In this document: positions 34,703 through 48,270 of the stretch, in pieces
How positions within the stretch are numbered: the stretch's first letter is position 1
Layout: each line of letters starts with the position of its first letter
Assembly: GCF_001677475.2 (NCBI RefSeq)
Contig: NZ_CP015229.1
Reading direction: 5' to 3' (one strand)
Source of the DNA: Escherichia coli
Lineage (GTDB): Bacteria > Pseudomonadota > Gammaproteobacteria > Enterobacterales > Enterobacteriaceae
DNA length: 64,000 nt
The notes under the pieces: generated by a model
The model's database searches: none
What the model was told of the DNA's origin: nothing
What the model saw: the letters and a program-made list of their open reading frames with translations, nothing else
Translations under genes and position numbers: made by a program

Positions 34703-36684
34703 TGAAAACCGTCGTTTTTGCCTACCACGATATGGGATGCCTCGGTATTGAAGCCCTGCTGTCTGCCGGTTACGAAATTAGCGCCATTTTTACCCATACC
34801 GATAATCCCGGTGAAAAAGCCTTTTATGGTTCGGTGGCTCGTCTGGCGGCGGAAAGAGGCATTCCGGTTTATGCGCCGGATAACGTTAATCACCCGCTGT
34901 GGGTGGAACGTATTGCCCAACTCTCACCAGAGGTGATTTTCTCTTTTTATTATCGCCATCTTATTTGCGACGAGATTTTGCAGCTCGCTCCCGCAGGTGC
35001 ATTTAATCTGCATGGTTCGCTGTTACCAAAATATCGTGGTCGCGCGCCGCTGAACTGGGTGCTGGTGAACGGTGAAACGGAAACTGGCGTTACATTGCAC
35101 CGAATGGTGAAACGTGCCGATGCCGGGGCCATTGTGGCGCAACTGCGCATTGCCATTGCGCCAGACGATATCGCTATTACGCTGCATCATAAATTGTGCC
35201 ATGCCGCGCGCCAGCTACTGGAACAGACATTACCCGCCATTAAACACGGTAATATTCTGGAAATCGCCCAGCGCGAAAACGAAGCCACCTGTTTTGGTCG
35301 CAGAACGCCGGATGACAGTTTCCTCGAATGGCATAAGCCGGCATCTGTACTGCACAACATGGTGCGTGCCGTTGCCGATCCGTGGCCGGGTGCCTTCAGC
35401 TATGTTGGCAATCAGAAATTCACCGTCTGGTCGTCGCGTGTTCATCCTCATACCAGCAAAGCACAGCCGGGGAGCGTGATTTCTGTAGCGCCACTGCTGA
35501 TTGCCTGTGGCGATGGCGCGCTGGAAATCGTCACCGGACAGGCGGGCGACGGCATTACTATGCAGGGCTCGCAATTAGCGCAGACGCTGGGCCTGGTGCA
35601 AGGTTCACGCTTGAATAGCCAGCCTGTCTGCACCGCCCGACGCCGTACCCGGGTACTCATCCTCGGGGTGAATGGCTTTATTGGCAACCATCTGACAGAA
35701 CGCCTGCTGCGCGAAGATCATTATGAAGTTTACGGTCTGGATATCGGCAGCGATGCGATAAGCCGTTTTCTGAATCATCCGCATTTTCACTTTGTCGAAG
35801 GCGATATCAGTATTCATTCCGAATGGATTGAGTATCACGTCAAAAAATGTGATGTCGTCTTGCCGCTGGTGGCGATAGCCACGCCGATTGAATATACCCG
35901 CAACCCACTGCGCGTATTTGAACTCGATTTTGAAGAGAATCTGCGCATTATCCGCTACTGCGTGAAGTACCGTAAGCGAATCATCTTCCCATCAACTTCA
36001 GAAGTTTATGGGATGTGTAGCGATAAATACTTCGATGAGGACCATTCTAATTTAATCGTCGGCCCGGTGAATAAACCACGCTGGATTTATTCGGTGTCAA
36101 AACAATTACTTGATCGGGTTATCTGGGCCTATGGCGAAAAAGAGGGTTTACAGTTCACCCTCTTCCGCCCGTTTAACTGGATGGGACCACGACTGGATAA
36201 CCTTAATGCGGCACGAATCGGCAGCTCCCGCGCTATTACGCAACTCATTCTCAATCTGGTAGAAGGTTCACCGATTAAGCTGATTGATGGCGGAAAACAA
36301 AAACGCTGCTTTACTGATATTCGCGATGGTATCGAGGCGTTATACCGCATTATCGAAAATGCGGGAAATCGCTGCGACGGCGAAATTATCAACATTGGCA
36401 ATCCTGATAACGAAGCGAGCATTGAGGAACTGGGCGAGATGCTGCTGGCGAGCTTCGAAAAACATCCGCTGCGCCATCACTTCCCACCGTTTGCGGGCTT
36501 TCGCGTTGTCGAAAGTAGCAGCTACTACGGCAAAGGATATCAGGACGTAGAGCATCGTAAACCGAGCATCCGCAATGCCCGCCGCTGCCTGGACTGGGAA
36601 CCCCAAATTGATATGCAGGAAACCATCGACGAAACGCTGGATTTCTTCCTGCGCACCGTTGATCTTACGGATAAACCATCATGA
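34702..36684 (+). CDS. arnA: Bifunctional UDP-glucuronate decarboxylase / UDP-Ara4N formyltransferase
   Basis: 660 aa; N-terminal formyltransferase and C-terminal SDR decarboxylase domains. Confidence 0.95.
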
Positions 36685-37571
36685 CCAAAGTAGGCTTACG
36701 CATTGATGTCGATACCTTTCGTGGCACCCGTGAAGGCGTGCCGCGTCTGCTGGAAATCTTGAGTAAGCATAATATTCAGGCCAGCATTTTTTTCAGCGTC
36801 GGCCCGGACAATATGGGCCGCCATCTCTGGCGACTGGTGAAGCCACAGTTTTTGTGGAAGATGCTGCGCTCAAACGCGGCATCGCTTTATGGCTGGGATA
36901 TTTTACTGGCAGGTACGGCCTGGCCGGGTAAAGAGATTGGTCATGCCAATGCCGATATCATTCGTGAAGCAGCTAAACATCACGAAGTCGGCCTGCACGC
37001 CTGGGATCACCATGCCTGGCAAGCCCATAGCGGTAACTGGGATCGGCAAACATTGGTCGACGATATTGCACGCGGCCTTCGCACTCTGGAAGAGATTATC
37101 GGTCAACCGGTAACCTGTTCTGCCGCTGCGGGCTGGCGTGCCGACCAGCAGGTGATCGAAGCAAAAGAAGCGTTCCATTTGCGCTACAACAGCGATTGTC
37201 GTGGGGCCATGCCGTTTCGGCCACTGCTCGAATCAGGAAACCCTGGCACTGCGCAAATTCCGGTGACCTTACCCACCTGGGATGAAGTGATTGGTCGGGA
37301 TGTGAAAGCAGAAGATTTTAACGGTTGGTTACTCAACCGCATCCTGCGAGATAAAGGCACGCCGGTTTATACCATTCATGCCGAAGTTGAAGGCTGCGCT
37401 TATCAGCATAATTTTGTGGATCTCCTGAAACGCGCAGCCCAGGAAGGCGTGACATTTTGCCCTTTAAGCGAACTGTTATCAGGGACGTTGCCGCTCGGAC
37501 AAGTTGTTCGCGGAAATATTGCCGGACGTGAAGGCTGGCTGGGTTGCCAACAAATTGCGGGTAGTCGCTGA
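36681..37571 (+). CDS. arnD: 4-deoxy-4-formamido-L-arabinose-phosphoundecaprenol deformylase
   Basis: 296-aa polysaccharide-deacetylase-fold ORF, overlapping the arnA stop. Confidence 0.93.
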   Translation: MTKVGLRIDVDTFRGTREGVPRLLEILSKHNIQASIFFSVGPDNMGRHLWRLVKPQFLWKMLRSNAASLYGWDILLAGTAWPGKEIGHANADIIREAAKHHEVGLHAWDHHAWQAHSGNWDRQTLVDDIARGLRTLEEIIGQPVTCSAAAGWRADQQVIEAKEAFHLRYNSDCRGAMPFRPLLESGNPGTAQIPVTLPTWDEVIGRDVKAEDFNGWLLNRILRDKGTPVYTIHAEVEGCAYQHNFVDLLKRAAQEGVTFCPLSELLSGTLPLGQVVRGNIAGREGWLGCQQIAGSR

Positions 37572-39223
37572 TGAAATCGGTACGTTACCTTATCGGCCTC
37601 TTCGCGTTTATTGCCTGCTATTACCTGTTACCGATCAGCACGCGTCTGCTATGGCAACCCGATGAAACGCGTTATGCGGAAATCAGTCGGGAAATGCTGG
37701 CATCCGGCGACTGGATTGTGCCCCATCTGTTAGGGCTACGTTATTTTGAAAAACCCATTGCCGGATACTGGATTAACAGCATTGGGCAATGGCTATTTGG
37801 CGCGAATAACTTTGGTGTGCGGGCAGGCGTTATCTTTGCGACCCTGTTAACTGCCGCGCTGGTGACCTGGTTTACTCTGCGCTTATGGCGCGATAAACGT
37901 CTGGCTCTACTCGCCGCAGTGATTTATCTCTCATTGTTTATTGTCTATGCCATCGGCACTTATGCCGTGCTCGATCCGTTTATTGCATTCTGGCTGGTGG
38001 CGGGAATGTGCAGCTTCTGGCTGGCAATGCAGGCACAGACGTGGAAAGGCAAAAGCGCGGGATTTTTACTGCTGGGAATCACTTGCGGCATGGGGGTGAT
38101 GACCAAAGGTTTTCTCGCCCTTGCCGTGCCGGTATTAAGCGTGCTTCCATGGGTTGCATCGCAAAAACGCTGGAAAGATCTCTTTATTTACGGCTGGCTG
38201 GCGGTTATCAGTTGCGTACTGACGGTTCTCCCCTGGGGACTGGCGATAGCGCAGCGGGAGCCTGACTTCTGGCACTATTTTTTCTGGGTTGAGCATATTC
38301 AACGCTTTGCAATGGATGATGCTCAGCATAGAGCTCCGTTCTGGTACTACTTGCCGGTCATCATTGCCGGTAGCCTGCCGTGGCTGGGATTACTCCCCGG
38401 AGCACTGTACGCAGGCTGGAAAAACCGCAAGCATTCCGCAACCGTCTATTTGTTGAGCTGGACGATAATGCCGCTGCTGTTTTTCTCCGTCGCTAAAGGC
38501 AAATTGCCCACCTATATTCTTTCCTGCTTTGCACCTCTGGCAATGCTGATGGCGCATTACGCTTTGCTGGCAGCAAAAAATAATCCTCTGGCGCTGCGGA
38601 TTAATGGCTGGATTAACATCGCTTTTGGTGTCACTGGCATTATTGCCACATTTGTGGTCTCCCCATGGGGACCAATGAACACGCCAGTGTGGCAAACCTT
38701 CGAGAGCTATAAAGTCTTTTGTGCCTGGTCGATTTTTTCGCTATGGGCATTTTTCGGCTGGTACACCTTAACAAACGTCGAAAAGACCTGGTCTTTTGCC
38801 GCGCTTTGCCCGCTGGGGCTGGCGTTGCTGGTAGGATTTTCAATTCCTGACAGAGTCATGGAAGGAAAACATCCGCAATTTTTTGTCGAGATGACACAAG
38901 AATCACTTCAGCCAAGCCGCTATATTCTTACTGATAGCGTCGGTGTTGCCGCAGGTCTGGCATGGAGCCTGCAACGCGATGACATCATCATGTATCGCCA
39001 GACAGGTGAGTTGAAATACGGCCTTAATTATCCGGATGCGAAAGGGAGATTTGTCAGCGGTGATGAGTTCGCAAACTGGCTTAATCAACATCGTCAGGAG
39101 GGGATTATTACACTCGTGCTTTCGGTTGACCGCGATGAAGATATCAACAGTCTCGCCATTCCGCCCGCAGATGCCATCGATCGTCAGGAGCGTCTGGTGC
39201 TGATTCAGTATCGGCCCAAATGA
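37571..39223 (+). CDS. arnT: Undecaprenyl-phosphate-alpha-L-Ara4N : lipid A arabinosyltransferase
   Basis: 550-aa polytopic GT-C membrane protein. Confidence 0.95.
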   Translation: MKSVRYLIGLFAFIACYYLLPISTRLLWQPDETRYAEISREMLASGDWIVPHLLGLRYFEKPIAGYWINSIGQWLFGANNFGVRAGVIFATLLTAALVTWFTLRLWRDKRLALLAAVIYLSLFIVYAIGTYAVLDPFIAFWLVAGMCSFWLAMQAQTWKGKSAGFLLLGITCGMGVMTKGFLALAVPVLSVLPWVASQKRWKDLFIYGWLAVISCVLTVLPWGLAIAQREPDFWHYFFWVEHIQRFAMDDAQHRAPFWYYLPVIIAGSLPWLGLLPGALYAGWKNRKHSATVYLLSWTIMPLLFFSVAKGKLPTYILSCFAPLAMLMAHYALLAAKNNPLALRINGWINIAFGVTGIIATFVVSPWGPMNTPVWQTFESYKVFCAWSIFSLWAFFGWYTLTNVEKTWSFAALCPLGLALLVGFSIPDRVMEGKHPQFFVEMTQESLQPSRYILTDSVGVAAGLAWSLQRDDIIMYRQTGELKYGLNYPDAKGRFVSGDEFANWLNQHRQEGIITLVLSVDRDEDINSLAIPPADAIDRQERLVLIQYRPK

Positions 39224-39555
39224 TCTGGCTAACATTAGTCTTTGCCAGCTTGCTTAGCGTTGCCGGGCAGTTGTGTCAGAAACAAGCAACCTGCTTTGTG
39301 GCGATAAACAAACGGCGCAAACATATCGTGCTGTGGCTGGGACTGGCGCTGGCTTGTCTTGGTCTTGCCATGGTGCTCTGGCTGCTGGTCTTGCAGAACG
39401 TACCGGTAGGCATTGCCTACCCGATGTTAAGTCTGAATTTTGTCTGGGTGACGCTGGCTGCAGTAAAACTGTGGCACGAGCCGGTATCACTGCGTCACTG
39501 GTGTGGGGTGGCATTCATTATTGGCGGCATTGTGATCCTCGGGAGTACGGTGTAA
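39220..39555 (+). CDS. arnE: Undecaprenyl-phosphate-Ara4N flippase subunit ArnE
   Basis: 111-aa four-TM small-multidrug-resistance-like protein; overlaps the arnT stop. Confidence 0.9.
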   Translation: MIWLTLVFASLLSVAGQLCQKQATCFVAINKRRKHIVLWLGLALACLGLAMVLWLLVLQNVPVGIAYPMLSLNFVWVTLAAVKLWHEPVSLRHWCGVAFIIGGIVILGSTV

Positions 39556-39941
39556 TGGGCCTGATGTGGGGATTATTCAGCGTCATTATTGCCTCAGCTG
39601 CGCAATTAAGCCTGGGTTATGCGGCGAGTCATCTACCGCCGATGACGCACTTATGGGATTTTATCGCGGCGCTGTTAGCTTTTGGCCTGGATGCCCGGAT
39701 ACTGTTACTCGGGCTGCTGGGTTATCTGCTTTCCGTTTTTTGTTGGTATAAAACGCTACATAAACTTGCGTTAAGCAAAGCCTATGCCTTGCTCAGTATG
39801 AGCTATGTGCTGGTATGGATTGCATCAATGATACTTCCCGGCTGGGAAGGAACTTTTTCGCTGAAGGCACTACTGGGAGTTGCTTGTATTATGAGCGGGT
39901 TGATGTTGATTTTCCTGCCCACGACAAAACAACGTTACTGA
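39555..39941 (+). CDS. arnF: Undecaprenyl-phosphate-Ara4N flippase subunit ArnF
   Basis: 128 aa from ATG 39555 (TAATG overlap with arnE); [28 protein letters not shown]... Confidence 0.9.
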   Translation: MGLMWGLFSVIIASAAQLSLGYAASHLPPMTHLWDFIAALLAFGLDARILLLGLLGYLLSVFCWYKTLHKLALSKAYALLSMSYVLVWIASMILPGWEGTFSLKALLGVACIMSGLMLIFLPTTKQRY

Positions 39942-40201
39942 GTTTTCCCTGCCGCTGTACACTGCCGTTCCCACTCATCGGGGCTATAACTGCTTGCCGA
40001 GAGGACTTTAACCGTATGCAGCTTTTCACGATTAATACAGTAAAGGGCATTCTGCAAAGGCGAGAGTAAATCCCCCACTTTCACGGCGAAGTCACTCTTC
40101 ACTTCGGCGATCATTTTTATCGCGCCGCCAGCATCGCAGAGCATAAGTACATGTCTGTTATCTTGTTTATTGCAGCACGATTTTTTGACCAGCCATTCCA
40201 T
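39935..40201 (-). CDS. pmrD: Signal-transduction connector protein PmrD
   Basis: Start [30 protein letters not shown]...; 88 aa. Confidence 0.85.
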   Translation of the reverse strand: MEWLVKKSCCNKQDNRHVLMLCDAGGAIKMIAEVKSDFAVKVGDLLSPLQNALYCINREKLHTVKVLSASSYSPDEWERQCTAAGKTQ

Positions 40202-40310
40202 TGCATTATCCTGTTTGCTAAGAGTTTTCACATCAATTTACAGATTAACAGATAAACTCTTTATCAACGGCAATGGAATGGCAGAAATGAGAAGTGAAAC
40301 GGATGGTTAA

Positions 40311-41666
40311 TTATTGCTGGCGTTGCACCCACTCTTTTAGCGCCTGACGTGAAATTTTAATACCACCGTTTTTCAGTTCAGGTGGAAGCGTCAGCCAACG
40401 CACCGGTTGTTGAAAACGGGCCAGCTTATCTTTCACCCATTCGCCAAGATCAACGGTTTGCTGGTCATACTCCACCACCGCTACCGGTCGATGACCAAAC
40501 TCCTTGTCGGCAACGGGAACGATAAACACCTGCAAAACCGCAGGATGTGCAGCAATAACGCGCTCGACTTCTTCTGGCTGAATGCCTTCGCCACCACTGA
40601 AGAACAGATTGTCTAAACGTCCGACAATGGTCAGCTTGCCATTATGCATCTCACCGCGATCGCGCGTGGCGTACCAGCCTTCGTCATTAACCAGTGGAAC
40701 CAGTTGCCCGTTACGCCAGTAACCTTCTGCCATGCTGGCAGCCCGCAGCCACACTTCGTCGTTTACGATTTTCACTTCCCGACCCGGCAGCGGCGAACCG
40801 ACGTCTGCCAGACCGTCGGCTTCTTTCGCACACACCGTGGAGGCAAACTCGGTCAGACCATAGCCGCAAAAGCAACGAATCCCCTGCTCGCGCGCCTGTT
40901 CCGTCAACTCGACCGGAATTGCCGCACCGCCAAGTAACACCGCTTTCAGGGAAACGGAACTGCGGTTAACCAGCAAACGCCAGAGTTGTGTTGGCACCAG
41001 TGAAGCGTGAGTACAGCCTGCCAGCATTTGCTCCAATGGCTGTTTATCACGTACCGTCATCCGCGCACCAGCGTATAACCAGCGCCACATAATTCCCTGA
41101 CCGGAGACGTGAAACAGCGGTAAAGAGAGCAACCAGTCATCGTGCTCGCCAAACGGTATCAGCGATAACACACCTTGCGCACTGGCAAGATGGGCCTGAT
41201 AAGTATGAACAGCGGCTTTCGGCAAACCGGTAGAGCCGGAGGTCAACGTCATTGAGCACAGACGCGTCGGCTGCCACGCAGCGGCATGTGCGCCTTCAAC
41301 CAGCTGAATGTGCAGCGACGTTAACGCCGGAAACGTGTTTTCCCCATCCGGCACCAGCGCAAATTGCAGCGTCAGATTGGGCAGCAATTCTTCAAGCAAC
41401 GGTTGCGGCAGCTGAGGGTTCACGGGCAACACCCGCGCCCCGCATTGCAGTAACGCCAGCCAGGCGAGCAGCGTTTGCGGCGTATTCCACGCCCGCAACA
41501 TCACGCCGCTGCCCTCAACCACACCCTGCGCCGCAAAGCCGGAGGCTAATTCATCGACGCGAGCACAAAGCTCGCGCCAGTTGAGTTGCTCGTCATTAAG
41601 ACGTAAGGCGATGGCTTCTCCCCGCACTTGCCGCCAGTGACGCCACGGCCAGTCAGAGAAGATCAT
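40311..41666 (-). CDS. menE: o-Succinylbenzoate--CoA ligase
   Basis: 451-aa adenylate-forming enzyme with TSGSTGLPK motif. Confidence 0.93.
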   Translation of the reverse strand: MIFSDWPWRHWRQVRGEAIALRLNDEQLNWRELCARVDELASGFAAQGVVEGSGVMLRAWNTPQTLLAWLALLQCGARVLPVNPQLPQPLLEELLPNLTLQFALVPDGENTFPALTSLHIQLVEGAHAAAWQPTRLCSMTLTSGSTGLPKAAVHTYQAHLASAQGVLSLIPFGEHDDWLLSLPLFHVSGQGIMWRWLYAGARMTVRDKQPLEQMLAGCTHASLVPTQLWRLLVNRSSVSLKAVLLGGAAIPVELTEQAREQGIRCFCGYGLTEFASTVCAKEADGLADVGSPLPGREVKIVNDEVWLRAASMAEGYWRNGQLVPLVNDEGWYATRDRGEMHNGKLTIVGRLDNLFFSGGEGIQPEEVERVIAAHPAVLQVFIVPVADKEFGHRPVAVVEYDQQTVDLGEWVKDKLARFQQPVRWLTLPPELKNGGIKISRQALKEWVQRQQ

Positions 41667-42625
41667 AACAACCGCTCCAGTGCATCAACTTCCACGACAG
41701 GCAGCGTGCTACCCGGCCAGCGACGTACCTGCTGCGCCTGCATCAGATCCAGCGTGTCCAGCCCTGGAATGGTGTCCGGCGTTAACCAGGCGGCAATCCG
41801 CGCCAGTTGCGTTAAGCCTAAGCTCGATTCAATGGAAGAACTGATCACCGCCGTCAGCCCCACCGCGTGCGCCGCCTGTACCTGCTCGCGTACTTTTTCC
41901 AGACTGCCCGTGAGCGTGGGTTTGATAACTACCGCGCGCACGCCCTCTTCAGCCACAAAGGCAAAATCCGGCTCGCGCAGGCTTTCATCCCAGGCAATGG
42001 CAATGCCGGTTTCACGGGCAAACGCTCGCGAATCATCGCGGGTTTTGCACGGCTCTTCGAGAAACGCGATGCGGTCGCGATAATCCGGGTTAACGTATTT
42101 GGCAAACTGCTGACCTTTCAGCGGTGTCCAGGCGCGATTTGCGTCAAGACGCAAATGCAGATCCGGAATTGCCTCCAGCAACAGATTCACCACCATGCCG
42201 TCGCGCACCGCTTCGTACAATCCCACTTTGACCTTCGCCACTTTCTCGCCAGGCATATCGGCAAGTTTGAGGATCAGATCGTCCGGATCGCCATTACACA
42301 GTGGTGCCGTACGGTAATTGGCCGCCTGCGGGAGCGTATCTGCCAGCTCCGCCAATGCACAGCTTACGCCAAAGGCGACGGAAGGCAGCTGCGGTAATTC
42401 GCAATCGCCTGCCAGCCAGTTATTTACCCAGGCAAGCAGCACACTTTGCGCCTCTTCCCAGGTTTCCTGACTGAAGCCCGGCAGTGGGGAGATCTCCCCC
42501 CACCCTTCGCGCTCGCCTTCACGCAGGCAAACATACAGCCCGTCGCGGGTTTTTAACCGCCTGTCGCGCAGAACCACCCCCGCGTCCATGGGGATCTGCC
42601 AGCGGTATACCTGCGCGCTACGCAT
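41663..42625 (-). CDS. menC: o-Succinylbenzoate synthase
   Basis: 320-aa enolase-superfamily ORF, overlapping menE. Confidence 0.93.
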   Translation of the reverse strand: MRSAQVYRWQIPMDAGVVLRDRRLKTRDGLYVCLREGEREGWGEISPLPGFSQETWEEAQSVLLAWVNNWLAGDCELPQLPSVAFGVSCALAELADTLPQAANYRTAPLCNGDPDDLILKLADMPGEKVAKVKVGLYEAVRDGMVVNLLLEAIPDLHLRLDANRAWTPLKGQQFAKYVNPDYRDRIAFLEEPCKTRDDSRAFARETGIAIAWDESLREPDFAFVAEEGVRAVVIKPTLTGSLEKVREQVQAAHAVGLTAVISSSIESSLGLTQLARIAAWLTPDTIPGLDTLDLMQAQQVRRWPGSTLPVVEVDALERLL

Positions 42626-43482
42626 TACGGATTCCGTTTAAATTTGCTGAAATCAGGCTGACGTTTCTGGTTGAAGGCGTTGCGACCTTCCTGACCTTCT
42701 TCCGTCATGTAGAACAGCATGGTGGCGTTGCCCGCCAGCTCCTGCAGACCTGCCTGACCGTCACAGTCGGCGTTCAGTGCAGCTTTCAGGCAGCGCAGCG
42801 CCATCGGGCTGTTTTGCAGCATTTCGCGGCACCAACGGACGGTTTCTTTTTCCAGATCCGCCAGCGGTACCACGGTGTTCACAAGGCCCATATCCAGCGC
42901 CTGTTTTGCGTCGTACTGACGGCACAGGAACCAGATTTCACGCGCTTTTTTCTGTCCGACGATGCGAGCCATGTAGGAAGCGCCCCAGCCGCCGTCGAAG
43001 GAACCGACTTTCGGGCCAGTCTGACCGAAGATGGCATTATCTGCCGCGATAGTCAGGTCGCACATCATGTGCAGAACGTGACCGCCGCCGATGGAGTAGC
43101 CAGCCACCATCGCGACAACCGGTTTCGGACAGGTACGGATCTGACGCTGGAAGTCCAGCACGTTCAGGTGATGTACGCCGGAATCATCTTTATAGCCGCC
43201 GTAATCACCACGCACTTTCTGGTCACCACCGGAGCAGAACGCTTTATCGCCTGCGCCAGTCAGAATGATCACCCCGACATTATCGTCATAACGCGCATCT
43301 GCCAGTGCCTGGATCATCTCTTTTACCGTCAGAGGACGGAAGGCATTGCGCACCTGCGGACGATTAATGGTGATTTTTGCGATACCGTCGGTGGATTTTT
43401 CATAACGAATGTCCTCAAAGCCTTCGGAGCAGTCGTGCCATTCAACCGGTGCGTAAAGCATTGCTTCATCAGGATAAATCAT
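42625..43482 (-). CDS. menB: 1,4-dihydroxy-2-naphthoyl-CoA synthase
   Basis: 285-aa crotonase-fold [33 protein letters not shown]... Confidence 0.95.
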   Translation of the reverse strand: MIYPDEAMLYAPVEWHDCSEGFEDIRYEKSTDGIAKITINRPQVRNAFRPLTVKEMIQALADARYDDNVGVIILTGAGDKAFCSGGDQKVRGDYGGYKDDSGVHHLNVLDFQRQIRTCPKPVVAMVAGYSIGGGHVLHMMCDLTIAADNAIFGQTGPKVGSFDGGWGASYMARIVGQKKAREIWFLCRQYDAKQALDMGLVNTVVPLADLEKETVRWCREMLQNSPMALRCLKAALNADCDGQAGLQELAGNATMLFYMTEEGQEGRNAFNQKRQPDFSKFKRNP

Positions 43483-43496
43483 ATTGTGTCCTTTAG

Positions 43497-44255
43497 TCAG
43501 AAACGCAAGATCTGCGCCAGACTTGCGATTACGCCAGCGGGATTTTCCCGGTGCGCGTTATGTCCGGCGCGAGGAATGACATGGCAGTCGGCAGCCAGTT
43601 CCGTCGCCAGGGCGCGGAATTTGCTGTCACGTTCACCACATAAATAATAAAACGCAAATGTGCGGGCGCTAAGGTTAGCACGTAAATCAGGCTGAACGGC
43701 GAGAGAAGTCGCCTCCAGCATGGCGGCAAGGGTTGCGCCATTATTGTTGCTGCGCAGCGCCACCAGCTCCCGGCGTTGATCGTCATTGAGTGAGGCAAAA
43801 ACAGGCTGTTGATACCAGTCGGCAAATACCGCCGTTAACGGTTCTGTGAGAAAACGCTGCACCCATTGGCGATCGGAACGCTGACGTTCCGCACGTTGTT
43901 CAGCATTTTGCAGCCCCGGATGCCCGCCTTCGACAACAACCCCACAAAGCCCCGCCAGCCCCTGGCAAGCCGCCATCATCGCCACCCGTCCGCCAAGCGA
44001 GTACCCCACCAGCCAGAAGTCAAGGATGTTGTAACTAACCAAGGTTTTACGCAGTAAGTCGGTGACATCATCAAATCCATCGACGCTAATCGCCGCCGAA
44101 CCACCGTGACCTGGGAGATCAACATACAACCGTGAGTAGTCGGCAAACACCTCGCCCACTTCTTGCCATTCATGGCAATCGCCGGAAAAACCGTGCAAAA
44201 ACACCAGCCAGGGTAAACCTGGTTTACCGTGTTTTGCCTGCGCGTGCAGGATCAT
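43497..44255 (-). CDS. menH: 2-succinyl-6-hydroxy-2,4-cyclohexadiene-1-carboxylate synthase
   Basis: 252-aa alpha/beta-hydrolase ORF with GYSLGGR nucleophile elbow. Confidence 0.9.
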   Translation of the reverse strand: MILHAQAKHGKPGLPWLVFLHGFSGDCHEWQEVGEVFADYSRLYVDLPGHGGSAAISVDGFDDVTDLLRKTLVSYNILDFWLVGYSLGGRVAMMAACQGLAGLCGVVVEGGHPGLQNAEQRAERQRSDRQWVQRFLTEPLTAVFADWYQQPVFASLNDDQRRELVALRSNNNGATLAAMLEATSLAVQPDLRANLSARTFAFYYLCGERDSKFRALATELAADCHVIPRAGHNAHRENPAGVIASLAQILRF

Positions 44256-45922
44256 AAATGGCTTACCTGCGCCAGCAGTTGCTGGAGTGTTTGCGCACCA
44301 TCGGTGTCGTTAACCACCATTTCAATTACCGTGGTGGTCGGCGTGCGCCAGGCATCGGCAAGTGCAGTTTCAAGTTCCTGCCAGTTTTGCGGACGATGAT
44401 ATTTCAGCTCGAACATCGCGGCGGCGTGCTCAAAATGGACGTTTTGCGGCATCAGATAGAAACGCTCGCGCTCGTTTTTCGGCGTTGGCAACAGCGAGAA
44501 AATTTGCCCGCCGTTGTTGTTCACCACAATTAATACCAGCGGCGCGGAAACCTGACGTAATAACGCCAGCGCGTTGAGATCGTAAAGAGCTGAGAGATCG
44601 CCCACTATCGCCAGCGTCGGTTTGCCGCTTGCCCGCTGTACGCCTGCGGCGGTCGAAAGCAGTCCGTCGATACCGCTGGCCCCACGGTTGCTGTACACCG
44701 GGAAACCAGCCGGAAGTTGCGAAAGCGCATCTATCAAACGTACCACCAGGCTGTTGCCAACAAACAGTTGCCCCTGTTCAGGTAAATAGTCGCAGATGCG
44801 ATGCGCCAGTTGTGCTTCGCCAAACGCATCGCGACGGGCAATAACCGCCTGCATTGCCTGTTCCGCCAGGCGCGGAATTTCAACGCACCAGGGCTGGCGT
44901 TTTTCTGCCGGATGCTGCTCCAGCCAGTCGGCAATATTGGCAATTAAGCGACGTCCGCGATGGTGTGCCGGATCAAGTCGCCCTTCGATGTCATCAACAA
45001 TCCAGTACTCTTCCGGTTCACAGCTTGCCTGCCATTGCAGGAGCCGTTTGCCCGTCAGGCTGCTTCCCAGTTGCACCACAATTTGTGCCTGTTGCAGTTC
45101 GCTGGTCGCTTTGGCATTGCCTAACCAGAGATCGGCACACGGCAGCGGCTGTCCGGTTTGCGACAGCACGTCGCCAATCAGCGGCCAGCCAAGAGTTTGC
45201 GCCCACAGTGCAACTTTTTTGCCCTCTTCCGCACTCATGCGCCCGGCAACCACCACGCCGCGCTTTTGTCGCCAGAAGAACCAGTCGCGCTGTTTTTCAC
45301 TTTCCAGACGAGGCGCTTCACGCAGCCACGGTTTGTCGTCCTGCCACCAGTCGCCCAGCCGCTGTTGCCAGCTAAGCCCGGTGTCGTCCATTTCGCCATA
45401 CAGCGGTTCAGCAAACGGGCAGTTGATATGGACTCCACCAGCATGAAGCGTACCGAGAGCGTGGTCGATGGTAGAAACCAGCCAACGTGCGGGGATATCC
45501 TGGGTCGGGCGCGGCAGTGAAATACTATGCGTGGGGTGAGAGGCGAACATTCCCGGCTGACGAATCGCCTGATTCGCGCCGCAGTCAATTAGCTCCGGCG
45601 GGCGATCGGCGGTTAACAGGATCAGTTTTTCTCCGGTTAACCCGGCTTCAATCAGTGCAGGATAGAGATTTGCTACCGCCGTGCCGGAGGTCACAATCAC
45701 AGCCACCGGCTGCTTGCTGACTTTCGCCAGCCCCAGCGCCAGATGCCCCAGTCCACGCTCATCGAAATGGGTGTGGTGAATGAATGCGGAATTCTCCGCC
45801 GCCGCTAACGTTAACGGTGTAGAACGCGAGCCAGGGGCGATACAGATGTGTCTGACGCCGTGACGCGTTAATGCTTCCAGAATGACCGCCGCCCAGCGTC
45901 GGTTAAATGCGCTTACTGACAT
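44252..45922 (-). CDS. menD: 2-succinyl-5-enolpyruvyl-6-hydroxy-3-cyclohexene-1-carboxylate synthase (ThDP-dependent)
   Basis: Start [37 protein letters not shown]; ORF-track start at 46273 is an in-frame upstream extension. Confidence 0.93.
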   Translation of the reverse strand: MSVSAFNRRWAAVILEALTRHGVRHICIAPGSRSTPLTLAAAENSAFIHHTHFDERGLGHLALGLAKVSKQPVAVIVTSGTAVANLYPALIEAGLTGEKLILLTADRPPELIDCGANQAIRQPGMFASHPTHSISLPRPTQDIPARWLVSTIDHALGTLHAGGVHINCPFAEPLYGEMDDTGLSWQQRLGDWWQDDKPWLREAPRLESEKQRDWFFWRQKRGVVVAGRMSAEEGKKVALWAQTLGWPLIGDVLSQTGQPLPCADLWLGNAKATSELQQAQIVVQLGSSLTGKRLLQWQASCEPEEYWIVDDIEGRLDPAHHRGRRLIANIADWLEQHPAEKRQPWCVEIPRLAEQAMQAVIARRDAFGEAQLAHRICDYLPEQGQLFVGNSLVVRLIDALSQLPAGFPVYSNRGASGIDGLLSTAAGVQRASGKPTLAIVGDLSALYDLNALALLRQVSAPLVLIVVNNNGGQIFSLLPTPKNERERFYLMPQNVHFEHAAAMFELKYHRPQNWQELETALADAWRTPTTTVIEMVVNDTDGAQTLQQLLAQVSHL

Positions 45923-46010
45923 GAGTTTGTCCGGTATCAATATTGCGGCTAAGTATAAGGAGCTACAAAAATAGATTATTGATATGAATCGGTAATGATG
46001 CGACTCATTA

Positions 46011-47306
46011 CTATTCCATTTGTAATAAAGTACGCAGCCCTGCCGCTTTGTTGTCGATTTCCTGCCACTCTTGCTCGGGGTCGGAACCACGGACAATGCC
46101 CGCGCCAGCATATAGCCGCACGACATTGCCGCTAATTTTTGCTGAGCGCAGGGAAACGCAGAATTCGCTTTGTTGTAATGAGAGATAGCCCGCAGAACCG
46201 GCGTACCATTCTCGGGTGAACGGTTCGTGACGGGCGATAAACTGTCGCGCCAGATCGCGCGGTAAGCCAGCAACTGCTGCCGTTGGCTGCAACTGATGTA
46301 AACAGATCACATCATCCGCTTTGTTGAGTGCAGTCCAGATACAGCGGCGAAGATGCTGCACTTTACGCAGACGCAGTACCTGCGGCGGTAAAACATCCAG
46401 CGTCAGGGTATCGGCCTGCAATCGTTGGCAGATATCTTCCACCACCAACATGTTCTCACGCTGGTTTTTATCATCTGCCATCAGCCACTCACCTAGCTGC
46501 TGCGCCTGCTTGTCATCAGGATGATTTGCTACCGTTCCCGCCAGCGCTTCAGTACGCAGCGCTTTGTCACGCCGCCGCCATAACCGTTCCGGTGAAGAGC
46601 CAAGAAAAGCATTTTCGCCATCAAAGGCCATGTAAAAATGGTAGCAGTTCAGATTAAGCCGACGACTGGCAGCCATCATCGCTGCCGCATTGACCGGACT
46701 TGCGAAATGCAGGTCAGTTGCCCGAGCAAGCACCACTTTGTCGAGCTCACCTTCGGCGATGGTTTTCGTTGCCAGTTCGATTAATTGCGTCCAGCCCGAT
46801 TTATCCGGCCAGTGTTGTTCTCGCGTGGTGGTTAAATGTAACCCAGACAAAGGCTTGATACTCACCAGTGCGGCGATAAATTCTTTTGCCTTGATTGCAT
46901 CGTGCTGAAGGGAGCTTTCGCTGAATAGCGTTAGCCGCAGCGTGGCTTTACCGCCACAACGTCGCCATTCCAGGCGTGGTAAAAGTAAATTGCCCTGCGA
47001 CGGGTCAAACGCATTCAGCCCCCAGATGCGTAAGTCGGCGTGTTCCGGGTGCTGACGAAGAAAACATTGTGCCTGGTCCAACGACGTAAAACGGGTAATC
47101 GCGCCCAGGACAGCAGCTTCTTCATCACCATTACGTTGTTGCCAGTAGAATTGCGGGTACGTTTGCTGACTGGCCAGCCAGCTCAAGGCATCAAAAGCGT
47201 CATTGAGAGGGAAAGGAATATCAATAACCCGAATGCCGGGTGTCGCCGGAATCTCTTGCGACAAATGGCGCAGTAGATTTTCCAGCGCCGTAGTAAGTGA
47301 TTGCAC
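46011..47306 (-). CDS. menF: Isochorismate synthase (menaquinone-specific)
   Basis: 431-aa chorismate-binding ORF. Confidence 0.93.
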   Translation of the reverse strand: MQSLTTALENLLRHLSQEIPATPGIRVIDIPFPLNDAFDALSWLASQQTYPQFYWQQRNGDEEAAVLGAITRFTSLDQAQCFLRQHPEHADLRIWGLNAFDPSQGNLLLPRLEWRRCGGKATLRLTLFSESSLQHDAIKAKEFIAALVSIKPLSGLHLTTTREQHWPDKSGWTQLIELATKTIAEGELDKVVLARATDLHFASPVNAAAMMAASRRLNLNCYHFYMAFDGENAFLGSSPERLWRRRDKALRTEALAGTVANHPDDKQAQQLGEWLMADDKNQRENMLVVEDICQRLQADTLTLDVLPPQVLRLRKVQHLRRCIWTALNKADDVICLHQLQPTAAVAGLPRDLARQFIARHEPFTREWYAGSAGYLSLQQSEFCVSLRSAKISGNVVRLYAGAGIVRGSDPEQEWQEIDNKAAGLRTLLQME

Positions 47307-47384
47307 GCGGACCTCTCCCTGTTAAAAGCCTCACATTATACGGGGTACTACAAAAAAAATGCAGTACCCCGGTGTAGGGAGGTT

Positions 47385-47690
47385 TTAACGGCGTGCCAGC
47401 AACAGTCCTAGTACCAGCCCAACGGCCGCGCCCACACCAATTCCTTGCCAGGGTTTTTCGTGGACGTAGTCATCAGCACGATAAACAGCCTGCTTCGCCC
47501 GATAGTAATAACTGTCTGAAGCCTGGCTAACCCGTTTTTTCACATCATCCAGCGCTTTTTCTGCACGCGCTTTCAGCTCAACATATTTCTGATCGGCGGG
47601 ATCGCCAGAGGAGCGGAGCACCTCTTCCAGTGTTTCACTAAGCAGCGTCAGGTCATCATCGATACGTGTATCACCAAACTGATTAGACAT
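47385..47690 (-). CDS. elaB: Ribosome-associated tail-anchored membrane protein ElaB
   Basis: 101 aa, DUF883 pattern with C-terminal TM GIGVGAAVGLVLGLLLARR. Confidence 0.9.
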   Translation of the reverse strand: MSNQFGDTRIDDDLTLLSETLEEVLRSSGDPADQKYVELKARAEKALDDVKKRVSQASDSYYYRAKQAVYRADDYVHEKPWQGIGVGAAVGLVLGLLLARR

Positions 47691-47744
47691 TCTCGTTCTC
47701 CATTTGCGTAAAACCTGTCACTAACTATAGACAAGGGTTATTGA

Positions 47745-48206
47745 TTACGCCTGAATTACCTCGCGTGCCATCCCAATGTGTGGGATACCATCTTCTTCAT
47801 AGACCTCCGTCACAGGGATAAAGCCAAAACTCTGGTAGAAGTTTTGCAGATGCGCCTGCGCCCCGAGGTAAACAGGTTTATCAGGCCAGTGACGCGTACA
47901 TGTTTCGAGTGTTTTATTCATCAGCTGCTGCCCCACTTTTTCGCCACGCAACGCTTCACTAACAATCACCCGACCAATAACGACCGGCTCAAGATCATCA
48001 TCACTTTTCAGAATCCTCGCATACGCCACCAGTTCATCATTTTTCCAACCGAGAATATGGCGATTATCCCCCGTCAAATCATCACCATCGATATCCTGAT
48101 AAGGGCAATTCTGCTCAACAACAAACACCGCGCAACGCAGTTGTAATAAGGCATAAAGCTGGGAAACCGATAATTCAGAGTGATGCAGATCTTGCCATTC
48201 AATCAT
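47745..48206 (-). CDS. elaA: GNAT-family N-acetyltransferase ElaA
   Basis: 153-aa ORF with acetyl-CoA-binding motif. Confidence 0.9.
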   Translation of the reverse strand: MIEWQDLHHSELSVSQLYALLQLRCAVFVVEQNCPYQDIDGDDLTGDNRHILGWKNDELVAYARILKSDDDLEPVVIGRVIVSEALRGEKVGQQLMNKTLETCTRHWPDKPVYLGAQAHLQNFYQSFGFIPVTEVYEEDGIPHIGMAREVIQA

Positions 48207-48270
48207 AATGCTCTCCTTTTAGATGTATGCCTTATACTAGCCGGAATATTTTTTGAAACGTGATGAACTC

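Noticed and set aside
39273-39941. 222-aa ORF suggesting a long arnF overlapping arnE
   Set aside because: In-frame upstream extension; the ATG at 39555 (TAATG overlap with the arnE stop) gives the expected 128-aa ArnF.
44252-46273. 673-aa extended menD ORF running into menF
   Set aside because: The frame is open upstream of the true start; MenD begins at [10 protein letters not shown] (45922), and the extension overlaps the menF 3' end.
47307-47384. Nested palindromes between menF and elaB (cctctccct...agggagg; cggggtact...agtaccccg with an A8 loop)
   Set aside because: Probably the elaB terminator, which also covers the menF promoter region; nothing beyond ordinary terminator structure could be supported.
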